64,000 bases of DNA from assembly GCA_963675495.1 (NCBI GenBank), contig OY776215.1, positions 576,001-640,000 on the forward strand, in the 5' to 3' direction. This DNA is from an uncultured Methanolobus sp. (lineage in GTDB: Archaea; Halobacteriota; Methanosarcinia; Methanosarcinales; Methanosarcinaceae). Positions within the stretch are counted from its first letter, which is position 1. Each line of letters begins with the position of its first letter. A program made the translations under genes and the position numbers. The notes beneath the pieces are model-generated. The model was not told the DNA's origin. It worked only from the letters and a program-made list of their open reading frames with translations, and searched no databases. Shown here piece by piece: positions 50,095 through 60,841 of this stretch.

Positions 50095-51105
50095 TTACTC
50101 TATGTTTATATGAAGTTTCTTTGCAGCCTCCTTAATCAAAGGCTGGCATAGCTCCTGATCAAGTTTTTTCCGGCCGGCTTCCCTTGACATATCCCCGCTT
50201 CTGACAATTCCCGCTATGTCAAAAGCATAGGGATGTATTCCATATTTTTTCATATGATTGTAGCAGGCAAACGAATTCAATGTGCAATTAGTCGAATTGC
50301 TATCATTTATATCCGGAGGATTCCAGCCGATCTCCACCAGCTTTTCCAGGATCTTCTCCTCATCATAATCCCACAGACACAATGGGTGTAGAATTTTTGG
50401 AATGTTTTTGCCCATGTTTTCAATGACGTCCTTTTTTATCAAAAACAGTTCATCACTATCATCGACACCTATATTTTCAAGCTGTTTTTCAAAAAGGCTC
50501 CTTGATAATTTTATAAAATTACCCGATAAGTTGATGATGGGATTTGGGGACTGCCCGGATGTGAAAGCAAACATGATGAAAGGGGTTTTACGAACAATCG
50601 CCTGTTCTATCAATTTCTGTTTGATGATGCTGATACAAGTATTGCATATGTCACTTGCCCTGTATTTGGCTAACCTGGGAAATGCATCATAGGAATTGGC
50701 AGCCTTACGGAATATATCATACAGCACCTCATCTTCCATACCCAGTTTGAAATAGTCACATCCTGTGATCTCGCACATCTTTATGGCATTTGCGATTGCA
50801 TTCTCAGATATGAACCCATTATCGAACTGGACAGCCAGTACTTTAAGGAAAGGATAATCCTGTTTCAGCTTATAGAGCGTGTATGAAGAGTCTTTACCTC
50901 CTGAAAGTGCAAAGATCACATCATATTCTTCCCTGCCCTTATACTCCTCAAAGAGTTTTTCCATCCGGGACAGGTATTCGCTCTTTTCCTGTGAAGAAAC
51001 TGGTCTATAGGTCTCACAGAAATGGCAAAGGCCACTATTTTCATTGATCGTTATGCCTGGAATATCCGAATCCAGAATGCATTTTTCACATGCTACTTTT
51101 GACAT
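50095..51105 (-). CDS. N-type ATP pyrophosphatase, N-acetyl-sugar amidotransferase (WbpG-like) family
   Basis: CEKC...CHFC N-terminus, YDVIFALSGGKDSSY, FDNGF, CNTC, STNC. Confidence 0.75.
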   Translation of the reverse strand: MSKVACEKCILDSDIPGITINENSGLCHFCETYRPVSSQEKSEYLSRMEKLFEEYKGREEYDVIFALSGGKDSSYTLYKLKQDYPFLKVLAVQFDNGFISENAIANAIKMCEITGCDYFKLGMEDEVLYDIFRKAANSYDAFPRLAKYRASDICNTCISIIKQKLIEQAIVRKTPFIMFAFTSGQSPNPIINLSGNFIKLSRSLFEKQLENIGVDDSDELFLIKKDVIENMGKNIPKILHPLCLWDYDEEKILEKLVEIGWNPPDINDSNSTNCTLNSFACYNHMKKYGIHPYAFDIAGIVRSGDMSREAGRKKLDQELCQPLIKEAAKKLHINIE

Positions 51106-52573
51106 TTTGATACTCCATTATAATAGTTCGATTGCATATTTTCCCATTTTCGCTAAGTGGAAGATGATCGATAAAAACCACTTCCTGTGGATACAGGTAC
51201 CCAGGCAGATTCTTTCTGCAGAATGAGAACAGGACATCGGCATCTGTGCATTGTTCAGATATCACCATAAGAGAAATGGCATTCCCCAGAAGCTCGTGGA
51301 AAACCGGAACGACAAAAACTTTTGCAACTTCATTGTTGTCCTCTATATATTTCTCAACTTCCCGTGGATTGACACGATGATCGCCTATTTTTATAATATC
51401 GTCCTTACGGCCCAGCAACCTGAAATAACCATTGGATAACTTCTTCACAAGGTCTCCGGTGTGCATCCAGCCGTTGATGATCTTATTTCTGGAGGCAATC
51501 TCATCATCCAGATAACCCATCATTATGTTATCACCCCTGGCAACCAGTTCACCTTCCACATTCGGTCCCAGAGGCATATTATCTGCACCTACCACGTCCA
51601 GTGTAACACCAGGAATAGCTTTGCCTATTGTATGAACAAAATCATCCACATCTTCAAATGGCAGGTATGCCAGTCTTGCTGTGGCTTCGGTCTGACCATA
51701 CATTGGTACTATCTCAATACCATTATTCAAATCTTTTAAATTTTTAACAATGAACCCATCCATTGCCCCACCTGCCGACGCAGCGAGCCTGATATTTTTG
51801 AATGCCGTTTTGAACCTGTCGGGATATTGGAGGAGTATGCGATAGGTACTGGGAACCCCATAGAATATGGATACTCCGGATTCCAGCAAATTGAATGTCG
51901 AGCCTATAAAATTCATGTTCCCTATCTTTACAGAGCCTCCGGCCATCAGGTGAGAATCGATTATGGAATTGCCATAAGCATGATGCGGGGATATGACCAG
52001 TGCTGCTTTATCATTGGGTGTTATCCCTAGTACCTCTACTATAGACTCTGCATTTGCAATCAGGTTCCTGTCACTCAGCATGACCCCTTTTGGAGTACCC
52101 GTTGTGCCAGAAGTGTAGAGCACAAGAGCCAGCTGCGGATCATTGTTCTCATCTACGATACTTGCTCGCAGGGTCTTCATAGAAGTATCATTTGAAACAA
52201 CTATTACTGTTCCAAAACGATCAAAAAAATCCTCCCCAAACCTGGAATACTGCATTTCAGTTGCAATTATATTATTGACATGAGCGGTATCGAGAATTCG
52301 CTCCAGGCTGGACATCGGCAATTCGATCGGCAGGGGGATTGCGATGTCGTCCGACCTGTATACTGCCATGAGCATCTTTATGTATTGAATACCGGATTCT
52401 GCCAGTATTGCGAACCTGCAGTTCCCATGGTCCATCATAGATGAAGCAATTGTGCTTATGTCCCTGTCAAGACAAGCATAAGAGACAGTTTTTTCACCTT
52501 CTTCCAGAGCAATCCGGTAAGGGTATTCCTTTGCATGCCTTGTTATGAAAGAATCAATTTTCATGACCATCAT
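51086..52573 (-). CDS. AMP-forming acyl/aminoacyl ligase (ANL family)
   Basis: YTSGTTGTPKGV, MYGQTEA, HTGDL, GRKDD, NGK. Confidence 0.9.
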   Translation of the reverse strand: MMVMKIDSFITRHAKEYPYRIALEEGEKTVSYACLDRDISTIASSMMDHGNCRFAILAESGIQYIKMLMAVYRSDDIAIPLPIELPMSSLERILDTAHVNNIIATEMQYSRFGEDFFDRFGTVIVVSNDTSMKTLRASIVDENNDPQLALVLYTSGTTGTPKGVMLSDRNLIANAESIVEVLGITPNDKAALVISPHHAYGNSIIDSHLMAGGSVKIGNMNFIGSTFNLLESGVSIFYGVPSTYRILLQYPDRFKTAFKNIRLAASAGGAMDGFIVKNLKDLNNGIEIVPMYGQTEATARLAYLPFEDVDDFVHTIGKAIPGVTLDVVGADNMPLGPNVEGELVARGDNIMMGYLDDEIASRNKIINGWMHTGDLVKKLSNGYFRLLGRKDDIIKIGDHRVNPREVEKYIEDNNEVAKVFVVPVFHELLGNAISLMVISEQCTDADVLFSFCRKNLPGYLYPQEVVFIDHLPLSENGKICNRTIIMEYQNVKSSM

Positions 52574-52814
52574 TTGTCATTTTGACTATCATATTCGTGA
52601 TTCCCTGCAATGAATCCAAATTCTCCGGGGTCAACATGTCCTCCGGGATTTCTATTGAATAATTCTCACAGATAAAATCCAGGAGTTCCAGCAGACCGAT
52701 AGAATCCATGATCCCGTTCTGTGTGAGAGAATCCGTATCATTTAACTGAGTATTGTTGTCCATAAAAGATTGGACTTTCAGATAGTCAAGTATATCATTT
52801 TTAATTTGTTGCAT
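52554..52814 (-). CDS. Acyl carrier protein
   Basis: 86 aa acidic protein; GIMDSIGLLEL phosphopantetheine-attachment Ser motif; IEIPEDMLTPENLDS. Confidence 0.88.
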   Translation of the reverse strand: MQQIKNDILDYLKVQSFMDNNTQLNDTDSLTQNGIMDSIGLLELLDFICENYSIEIPEDMLTPENLDSLQGITNMIVKMTNDGHEN

Positions 52815-53000
52815 GTGCTATTACCACCACTTTTTTAGTACCACTTCTCTTCCAAATCAACCTGTAAGCACTATAGGCTGATTTGCTCCCATATACACGA
52901 CGTTTTAATGATATATAAAAATTATTGAATGTCTTTATGAACCCAGGGTCTTTGTAATTATAGTCAAATATCATGTGTATCAGACTGATTTCTTTAACAT

Positions 53001-53729
53001 TCACCTGATATCCCCCTCATTATTCAATTCATTCTTGATCTGATTCTTTTTACCGCAGGCAATTTTCTCAAGGCGACATATATTGATCCTATGCTGACTG
53101 GAACCATTAATAATAGCAAGAATGTATTTGTTGTTTATGAGATAACTTGAATGGCATATACTGTCAAGGTCTAATTCCTTATTGAGAGCAGAAAAAAGAC
53201 TCTTATTTGAAAACTTACAATATGCTTCTTTAAGGGCCCATATAGTTAGATTGTCGAGCTCTTTTGAACATTTGTCATCATCTGAATTTTTTGTCTGCAG
53301 GTATTTTGAAACACTTTTAAGACAGAGAGACCTTTTCACCTCAATATCGATACCGATCTCTATCTTTGAGATTGCCAGAACAACTGTATTTTCAGTATAC
53401 GAGATGCAAAGGTTTAAGTCATCATGATCACGCACATGGAGCCTGCCGTATTTATCCTTATACAGAGATATGTCGGATAGGGATCTTCCATTTAGAAGAC
53501 TACACAGAATATATTTGAGAACCATTCTGGAAATGATATATCTTTTTTTGAAATATTCGGTTTTTAGACCTTCCAGATGTTCCTTTTCGCTGTTATCCAG
53601 ATGATCTTCATCCAATGAGCTATAGTCATCCAGATCGATCAGAAAGATAAGAACATCATTCTGCTCCCACAGGAAAGGTATGTGCTCCGGAGAACTAGTG
53701 GATGGTATCTCTAAATTTATAATTCCCAT
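53001..53729 (-). CDS. 4'-phosphopantetheinyl transferase (Sfp-like)
   Basis: KYGRL, ISYT, IGIDIE and WALKEAYCK motifs. Confidence 0.82.
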   Translation of the reverse strand: MGIINLEIPSTSSPEHIPFLWEQNDVLIFLIDLDDYSSLDEDHLDNSEKEHLEGLKTEYFKKRYIISRMVLKYILCSLLNGRSLSDISLYKDKYGRLHVRDHDDLNLCISYTENTVVLAISKIEIGIDIEVKRSLCLKSVSKYLQTKNSDDDKCSKELDNLTIWALKEAYCKFSNKSLFSALNKELDLDSICHSSYLINNKYILAIINGSSQHRINICRLEKIACGKKNQIKNELNNEGDIR

Positions 53730-54122
53730 GCAAACTCCCTATATCTATTACAATGAACTGCATATTAAGAAGTAGTGCCCAGAATTGGAAAATATGGGAA
53801 CAATCGAGTCCAGCATTATAATACTGAAACCGATGCGTATTATGATGATGATAATATAAAATATGCAGATTTTACAGGGATATTATTATATGCAATAACT
53901 TTTCTATAGAAGTTGCGAAGATTATGGTCATGGGTGGTATTGACTATGGGGTGGCTTCAAATTAATTTATTTGTGCTTAAAGATATTTATAGCTATAATT
54001 GGTGCTTTGGTAAATTCAAGAAACGTGCTGATGAAAACATGGAAAAAGAATCAGGCTTGGTGGGTTCACACTGTTTAGATGAAGTCGACCATTACACGTA
54101 TAATTATGTGGGAGCGAAATAA

Positions 54123-55811
54123 ATGGTACTGAACCTTGAGAATCATGATTTCACACTCAATAAATTTAGTCAATTATGCGAAGTAATAGTCCAAAACTAT
54201 CCAACCATAACAGTAGCAGAGTATCTGGAAAAACAGTGCCCAAACAAATTCGTTATAATGCGTCATGATATTGACAGGATGCCTGGAAACGCATTGAAGA
54301 CCGCAAAGATCGAGCAGGAATTAGGTATAAGGTCAACATACTATTTCCGATCGAACAAAAATGTATTTCGCCCGAAGATAATCAAGCAAATTGAAGATAT
54401 GGGCCATGAAATTGGTTACCATTATGAAACATTAAGTGAAGCAAACGGAGACTATGAAAAAGCTATCGAAATATTCCGATCTACCCTGGATGAATTCAGA
54501 AAGATAAGTGATGTTAAAACGATCTGTATGCACGGAAAACCTCTGTCAAAATACGATAACCGTGATATATGGAATGTCTACGATTTCAGGGATTATGATA
54601 TAATCGGGGAAGCTTATTTATCTTTAGATAAAGGGCTTGATTACCTCTCAGATACCGGAAGAAATTGGGGTTCCGGAAACAACCTGAGAGATTTTATACC
54701 AGGTAAAAAAGAAAAAGATCTTGCTGATAAAACTGATGATATCATTGAAGTGATCAAGAGTAACAAGATCGATCATTTGTATATTCTAACACATCCGGAA
54801 AGATGGTCTTCAAATATTGCTGAGTGGAGCTTGTATTATTCAGTTGATCATACAGTTAATCTTGGGAAAAAAATGTTGATGATGTTAAATAGGAAGGATA
54901 AGCAGATGCCACAAGAGAAAAACAGTAGTTTATCAGTTACAGTTGACATTGAAGACTGGTATCATATCCCTTCTGTTTGTGGGTCTACTTTTTCAGTATA
55001 TAAAGATGTTAACGAATTTTTTGAGAACTGGAAAGACAGGTATGATTATTTGACAGAGCCAACAGGAAGAGTGCTGGATCTTCTTGATGAATTTAATATA
55101 ACTGCCACATTCTTTGTTGTTGCAGATGTTGCAGAAAATTACCCGGGATTAATTGAATCAATTGTTGAAAGGGGTCACGAGATCGCATGTCATGGTTCAC
55201 ACCATACATGCAAGATAAATTTAAAAACAAAACAACCTCTTATGAGTATTGAAGAATTTGAAACTGATGCCTTAGAAGCAAAACAGATCCTTGAGAAAAT
55301 ATCAGGACAAGAGGTAATTGGGTACAGAGCACCAAACGCAGCAGTTACAGGAGAGATGCTGAACTCACTTGAAAGACTTGGATATAAGTACGATTCTTCG
55401 GTCTCTGTGAATTCACTGTACAATAAAACAGATTCTTCCCTACAAGGAGTCTCATCCATACCATATTATCCAGCTTCTGGAAGCTTGGAACCCACTGAAA
55501 AGAGAGATTTTGTTGAGTTTCCGTGGGCCTATTATGATACAGGTATTAAAATTCCTTCATCGGGTGGACCAATGTTGAGATTTTTGGGAGCAAATGTCAT
55601 TTTGAAAGGACTAAAACAGAGTTTGGACAGGGGACATACCATATTTTATTTTCACTCCATTGATATTTCTAATGAAGATTTTCCGCGTATAGGCAAAGGT
55701 AGACCTATGTACTGGTCTATAAAAGGAAATGTGGTTGAAAAAAAGATCAGACATGTGTTGAAAAATTTAAAACATGTAGAAAAAGTTCCATTGAGAGACC
55801 TGGTGCAATGA
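54123..55811 (+). CDS. Two-domain polysaccharide deacetylase-like protein (NodB-fold domain plus DUF3473-type deacetylase)
   Basis: MRHDID/GHEIGYHYE N-terminal domain; TVDIEDWY, ATFFV, GHEIACHG, GYRAP, YDSS C-terminal domain. Confidence 0.8.
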   Translation: MVLNLENHDFTLNKFSQLCEVIVQNYPTITVAEYLEKQCPNKFVIMRHDIDRMPGNALKTAKIEQELGIRSTYYFRSNKNVFRPKIIKQIEDMGHEIGYHYETLSEANGDYEKAIEIFRSTLDEFRKISDVKTICMHGKPLSKYDNRDIWNVYDFRDYDIIGEAYLSLDKGLDYLSDTGRNWGSGNNLRDFIPGKKEKDLADKTDDIIEVIKSNKIDHLYILTHPERWSSNIAEWSLYYSVDHTVNLGKKMLMMLNRKDKQMPQEKNSSLSVTVDIEDWYHIPSVCGSTFSVYKDVNEFFENWKDRYDYLTEPTGRVLDLLDEFNITATFFVVADVAENYPGLIESIVERGHEIACHGSHHTCKINLKTKQPLMSIEEFETDALEAKQILEKISGQEVIGYRAPNAAVTGEMLNSLERLGYKYDSSVSVNSLYNKTDSSLQGVSSIPYYPASGSLEPTEKRDFVEFPWAYYDTGIKIPSSGGPMLRFLGANVILKGLKQSLDRGHTIFYFHSIDISNEDFPRIGKGRPMYWSIKGNVVEKKIRHVLKNLKHVEKVPLRDLVQ

Positions 55812-55929
55812 TCAATATGGAATTTGATATCAAACAATTGAAGCCTAAAGATGAAAAGAACCGGGGTGACTTTGTCATGGAAAATGACATTGCTTTTCAC
55901 AAATGTTTTTTAAGAGGGTGGGATTTATA

Positions 55930-56706
55930 ATGTTGAATTTTCACGACCTTGATTTCACACATGAAAAATTCTCTCAACTCTGTTCTACAGTAGCAAACAA
56001 CTATACCACCATTACCATGGATCAGTATCTCAACCCGGATAATGAGCTTCCAGAACGTTTTATCCTGATGCGCCATGATGTGGATGGATGGGCAAAGAAC
56101 GCATTAAAAACTGCGCACATAGAAAAGAAACTTGGGATACAGGCAACTTATTATTTCAGAATGAACAAAAATTCTTTTGTTCCTGCCATCATAAAAGAAA
56201 TCGAGGATATGGGGCATGAGATTGGTTACCACTACGAGACTTTGAGCACTGCAAAAGGGGACTACGAAAAAGCTATCGAATTATTCAAGAATAATGTGAA
56301 TGAATTCAAAGATATCTGCAGCCTCAAAACGATTTGTATGCATGGAGCCTCGCTATCAAAACATGACAACCGAGATCTCTGGAACGTCTATGATTTCAAA
56401 GATTTTGGAGTTCTTGGAGAAGCATATCTATCTGTTGGAGAAGAACTAAACTATTTCACTGATACTGGAAGAGGATGGAACTCAAAGAACAATCTAAGAG
56501 ATTTTATTCCTGGCAAAAAAGAAAGGATATTTGCTGATACAACGGATAATCTTATTAAATTGATAGAGAGCGGAGAAATTAATAACTTTTATATTTCACT
56601 TCATCCGGACCGATGGACACCAAATGCTTTTAGATGGGGGTTGTTCTGGTTACAGGATCTTGCATTTAACTCGGGGAAGAAGGTTTTGAGGGGGATACGG
56701 AAATGA
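55930..56706 (+). CDS. NodB-fold (deacetylase-like) protein; paralog of the N-half of 54123-55811
   Basis: MRHDVD, GHEIGYHYE, TICMHG, DTGRGW, LHPDRW. Confidence 0.8.
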   Translation: MLNFHDLDFTHEKFSQLCSTVANNYTTITMDQYLNPDNELPERFILMRHDVDGWAKNALKTAHIEKKLGIQATYYFRMNKNSFVPAIIKEIEDMGHEIGYHYETLSTAKGDYEKAIELFKNNVNEFKDICSLKTICMHGASLSKHDNRDLWNVYDFKDFGVLGEAYLSVGEELNYFTDTGRGWNSKNNLRDFIPGKKERIFADTTDNLIKLIESGEINNFYISLHPDRWTPNAFRWGLFWLQDLAFNSGKKVLRGIRK

Positions 56707-57380
56707 AATTAATTGACAAGATCATCAACAAGCTCATTTTGATGCGGAGTTTCAAATATTACTCAGAAGACAAATATCTAATAAAAAAAGCATTGGAGTA
56801 TCCTTTAAACAAAAATCCAAAAGTTCTGGATGTTGGTTGTGGAATTGGGCATCATTCATTCCTGTTCGAAAAATATGGAGCAAGCGTAATTGCTTTTGAT
56901 TGTGATCAAAATGTAATTAAAAAAGCAAACGAAAAAAAGAAAGAACTCAACTCAAATGTAGAATTTTTGATTGCTGATGGAAGATTTCCGGAAAAATACT
57001 TTGCTGAAAAATTTGATATTATTTTTATGGCTGGTTTCTCAATATTTGGAACTGAGCTGAACAAAGAAATAATGAAAAAATATCTATCGCTGTTTAGTGC
57101 AGAAGGTAGACTGGTTTTTGTACATAATTCTAATCTAACGGGGACTGTTAGACAGACAAATTGGAGAAATCATACGATTGAAGAGTTAAAATCTTTTTTT
57201 GAAAGTTCCGGATACAACATCCAAAATATTTATTTTTATGATCGACATGTTATTGTTAAAATATTGCGCCACTTTGCCATTACAAACTTTTCAACAAAAC
57301 TTCACATTTTAATATCTCAAATAACACAATTGCCTTGTTCTTTGGTTTTTGTTGTAAGGAAAAGTGAATATGACAGTTAA
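56703..57380 (+). CDS. Class I SAM-dependent methyltransferase
   Basis: VLDVGCGIG, FDIIF. Confidence 0.85.
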   Translation: MKLIDKIINKLILMRSFKYYSEDKYLIKKALEYPLNKNPKVLDVGCGIGHHSFLFEKYGASVIAFDCDQNVIKKANEKKKELNSNVEFLIADGRFPEKYFAEKFDIIFMAGFSIFGTELNKEIMKKYLSLFSAEGRLVFVHNSNLTGTVRQTNWRNHTIEELKSFFESSGYNIQNIYFYDRHVIVKILRHFAITNFSTKLHILISQITQLPCSLVFVVRKSEYDS

Positions 57381-57413
57381 TGCTTGTACAAAAACTTTAG
57401 TGCTGGTGATAAA

Positions 57414-58448
57414 ATGAGAATACTTTTTAACGTAGGTCATCCGGGTCAAATTCATTTATTTAAGAATGTAATCCGAATTCTGGAGAAACATGGCCATGAT
57501 TGTAAGATAACAGCAGTTGACAAAGAAGTATCTATTGCCTTATTGGATGCTTATGGATTCGAATATGAAATTGTTGGAAGCGCAAAACCGTCTCTTTTTT
57601 CAAAAGCTACAGAATTATTAAAAATTGAATACAAACTGTACAGGATATCAAGGTCATTCAAACCTGATATCCTGGTAGGTGGAGTAGGTAATGCATATCT
57701 TGCTCATTTAGGCAAGGTTATCGGTAAACCTTCTATAATATTCGATGATACTGAGCATGCAAAAATAGAACGTCTGCTGACAGACCCCTTTGCAACTGTG
57801 ATTTGCACGCCTTCCAGTTTCCAAAAAGATCTGGGACGAAAGCAAGTTCGATACAACGGATATCATGAACTTGCATACATCCACCCTAATTATTTCGCAC
57901 CAAATCCTGAAGTTCTAAATGAACTTGGGTTAAAAGAAAATGATATTTTTATAATTTTACGTTTCGTCTCGTGGGATGCAGATCATGATTTTGGCCATCA
58001 TGGAATACAGAACAAAATTGAATACGTAAAAGAGCTTGAAAAATATGGAAGAGTGCTAATTACCTCTGAAGGCAAATTAGATGGTATGCTGGAGAAGTAT
58101 CGTATAAAGGCATCGCCAGAGAAACTACATGATTTATTATCTTATGCTACACTATATGTGGGAGATGGTGCAACAACAGCTGTTGAAGGTGCAGTTTTGG
58201 GCACTCCTTCGATTTATGTCTCATCGCTTGCCGGGACAATGGGTAATTTCATTGAACTCGAAGAAAAATATAGACTGCTATTCAATTATGAAGATTGCGA
58301 TGAAGCTTTGAATAAAGCGGTTGAACTTGTCCAGACTTCAAATATCAAAAACGAATGGAAAAAGAAAAGAGATCAATTATTTAAAGAAAAAATTGATGTG
58401 ACTGCATTCATGGTGAAATTCGTAGAAGAATATCATAACCATTTCTAA
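57414..58448 (+). CDS. DUF354 family GT-B-fold protein
   Basis: HPGQIHLFK, FDDTEHA, YNGYHELAY, LRFVSW, EGAVLGTP. Confidence 0.82.
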   Translation: MRILFNVGHPGQIHLFKNVIRILEKHGHDCKITAVDKEVSIALLDAYGFEYEIVGSAKPSLFSKATELLKIEYKLYRISRSFKPDILVGGVGNAYLAHLGKVIGKPSIIFDDTEHAKIERLLTDPFATVICTPSSFQKDLGRKQVRYNGYHELAYIHPNYFAPNPEVLNELGLKENDIFIILRFVSWDADHDFGHHGIQNKIEYVKELEKYGRVLITSEGKLDGMLEKYRIKASPEKLHDLLSYATLYVGDGATTAVEGAVLGTPSIYVSSLAGTMGNFIELEEKYRLLFNYEDCDEALNKAVELVQTSNIKNEWKKKRDQLFKEKIDVTAFMVKFVEEYHNHF

Positions 58449-58484
58449 GTATGAGCTCGAAAGCGAGGGAAAGTAAGTGATTTT

Positions 58485-59540
58485 ATGTATGAGAGTTTAA
58501 AGGATAACACAGAAATGTGGGATTTGTTCACCGCAAAAGAAGAGTACTTTCCAAGACAATTGGATAATCATAGACGATGTACTTATGCTTATAGTAATTC
58601 CAAGGATGTTTTAGAACCTAGGGTTTCAAAATTCCTAACTCAAACTGGTTTAGATGTTGAATACCCAAATAATACAAATTTTGCTGTTTGTTTAACGCAC
58701 GATATAGATGATATTTATCCTCCTTTACAACATACTCTTTTAGCCTCTGCATATTGTTTAAAAAATTTACATTTCAATGAATTGAATAAGCAAATGTTTT
58801 GGAAATTTAAAGGCAAAAAAATATCTCCCTATATAAACTTCAAGCAAATTATAGAATTAGAAGATAAATACGATGCTAAATCGTCTTTTTATTTTATTGC
58901 AGCAAAAGAAGACGTTAAGCGATTTAGATATAATATTGAAGACATCAAAAATGAATTAAGATTCATTGCTAATAGTGGATGGGAAGTTGGCTTACATGGA
59001 GGATACTATTCATATGACAATTTTGATGAGATTGTGAAAGAGAAAAATAGATTAGAGGCTGTCCTAGGCCAAGAGATTATCGGATTTAGGAATCATTATC
59101 TCAGGTTTAAGGTTCCTGATTCATGGGATTTGCTATCAAAAGCTGGCTTTAAGTATGATACTACATTTGGATATAGTGATATGGTTGGTTTTAGAAATGG
59201 AATGTGTCATCCATTTAAACCATATAATCTGAATGAAAACAAAGAAATCGATATTTTAGAAATTCCTTTAGTTGTAATGGATGTTGCACTTTTTGATGTT
59301 GCTACCTCTTTTGATGATGCCTGGAAATATACTAAAAATCTAATCGATGTTGTCGAAAAACACAAAGGAATTATAACTATTTTGTGGCACAACAATGTAT
59401 TCAATTGCCCATTTAGAGTAACTTGGAGTAAATTATACGAAAAAATCCTGAAATACTGCTATGAAAAAAATGCTTGGATGACAAGTGGAAAAGAAATATG
59501 GAGGTGGTGGTGCCATGAAAACAGAACTCTTAGTTACTGA
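58485..59540 (+). CDS. Polysaccharide deacetylase family protein
   Basis: LTHDID, EVGLHG, RNHYLR, YDTTFG, GFRNG, LWHN. Confidence 0.85.
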   Translation: MYESLKDNTEMWDLFTAKEEYFPRQLDNHRRCTYAYSNSKDVLEPRVSKFLTQTGLDVEYPNNTNFAVCLTHDIDDIYPPLQHTLLASAYCLKNLHFNELNKQMFWKFKGKKISPYINFKQIIELEDKYDAKSSFYFIAAKEDVKRFRYNIEDIKNELRFIANSGWEVGLHGGYYSYDNFDEIVKEKNRLEAVLGQEIIGFRNHYLRFKVPDSWDLLSKAGFKYDTTFGYSDMVGFRNGMCHPFKPYNLNENKEIDILEIPLVVMDVALFDVATSFDDAWKYTKNLIDVVEKHKGIITILWHNNVFNCPFRVTWSKLYEKILKYCYEKNAWMTSGKEIWRWWCHENRTLSY

Positions 59541-59945
59541 TGGCTCAGATATAAATAACCATTCAATTATTACAACCTTTGAAAAAAACAAGTTTTATTA
59601 TTATATTATGAACAAGATTCTAAAACAGAACAAAATTATTAACCATGATAAAAATCCCCTGTTAACAAAACAATCGAACATTTTGTGAATATATATATAA
59701 AAATGTTAATACCTATCCTTATGCTAGTTCAATAAAAATTAAAACCGTTGTATCTTATTCGAACTATCGCTCTGGATATACATCGGAGGATTCACATTAT
59801 TCTTTGCCTATTATTGGTTTTAATCGATTGATCTTTTGAATAGTGTTGTATGTATTAACTTATTTGTGTATAACTCTACAGAAAAATGATAGAATTATTA
59901 TTTATAATATTAGTTACACGAAATACTTTGGAGTGTGGTGCATAA

Positions 59946-60824
59946 ATGAATAACTTAATAATAGTAACTCCGGCAAAAAATGAAGGTGATAACCTCTCAG
60001 AAGTTGCATCAGCTGTAATCAAACAGACAATGAAACCAACGTTGTGGATAATAGTTGACGATGGCAGCACAGATGAAACACCAGATATCATCAAAAGTTT
60101 TGAGACTAAACATAACTGGATAAAAAGTATAAAGTTGAATCCAACAGATCGAGATATCACCTTTCACTATTCACATGTTTGCAAAATGGGTTTTGATTAT
60201 GCTACTAAATACTGTGATTTGAATGCTATTGACTATAGATATATCTTATTACTTGATGCAGATACAATATTAGAAAGGCAGTATGTAGAAAAACTTACAA
60301 ATGAATTTAAAAAAAATACAAAACTTGGCATCGCAAGTGGGGGTATTTATTATAATATAAATGGAAAACTAAAATGGCTTAAAAGTAGTGAGACTTTACC
60401 TGCGGGTACTGGGAGAATGTGGTTGAAAGAATGTTTTATGGAAACGGGTGGATATATTGTTGAACCATCTCCAGATTCGATATCCAATGTTAAAGCGGTG
60501 TTACGCGGTTGGGAAATTAAAAAATTTAAACACATCGTTGCAGTCCAAAAAAGAGTAACCAGTAGTGCAGAAGGATTCTGGAATGGTTACAAAGCGAACG
60601 GATTTATGTATTATTATTTAAATAGCCATCCATTATTGGTTCTTTTAAACACTATTTATTATACTACCAAAAAACCATATTATATTGGTATAGCATTTTT
60701 TTATGGATATCTGAGTTCAATTTTGAAAAGAAAAACAAAAATAGATGATGAGGAAATTAAAAATTATTATTGGAATGAAAAATTTAAAAGTATAATAAAA
60801 GAAATTAAAAATATTCGAATATAA
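59946..60824 (+). CDS. GT2 glycosyltransferase
   Basis: VTPAKNE, VDDGSTD, LDAD. Confidence 0.9.
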   Translation: MNNLIIVTPAKNEGDNLSEVASAVIKQTMKPTLWIIVDDGSTDETPDIIKSFETKHNWIKSIKLNPTDRDITFHYSHVCKMGFDYATKYCDLNAIDYRYILLLDADTILERQYVEKLTNEFKKNTKLGIASGGIYYNINGKLKWLKSSETLPAGTGRMWLKECFMETGGYIVEPSPDSISNVKAVLRGWEIKKFKHIVAVQKRVTSSAEGFWNGYKANGFMYYYLNSHPLLVLLNTIYYTTKKPYYIGIAFFYGYLSSILKRKTKIDDEEIKNYYWNEKFKSIIKEIKNIRI

Positions 60825-60841
60825 AGATGTGAGGGATTTAT

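Noticed and set aside
52801-53004. 67-aa ORF overlapping both the PPTase stop and the ACP start
   Set aside because: Coupling suggests it may be real, but it has no recognisable motif, so it is not called as a feature
59515-59900. Short ORF (MKTELLVTDG...) and AT-rich gap after the deacetylase
   Set aside because: Possibly a decayed gene, but no family could be recognised
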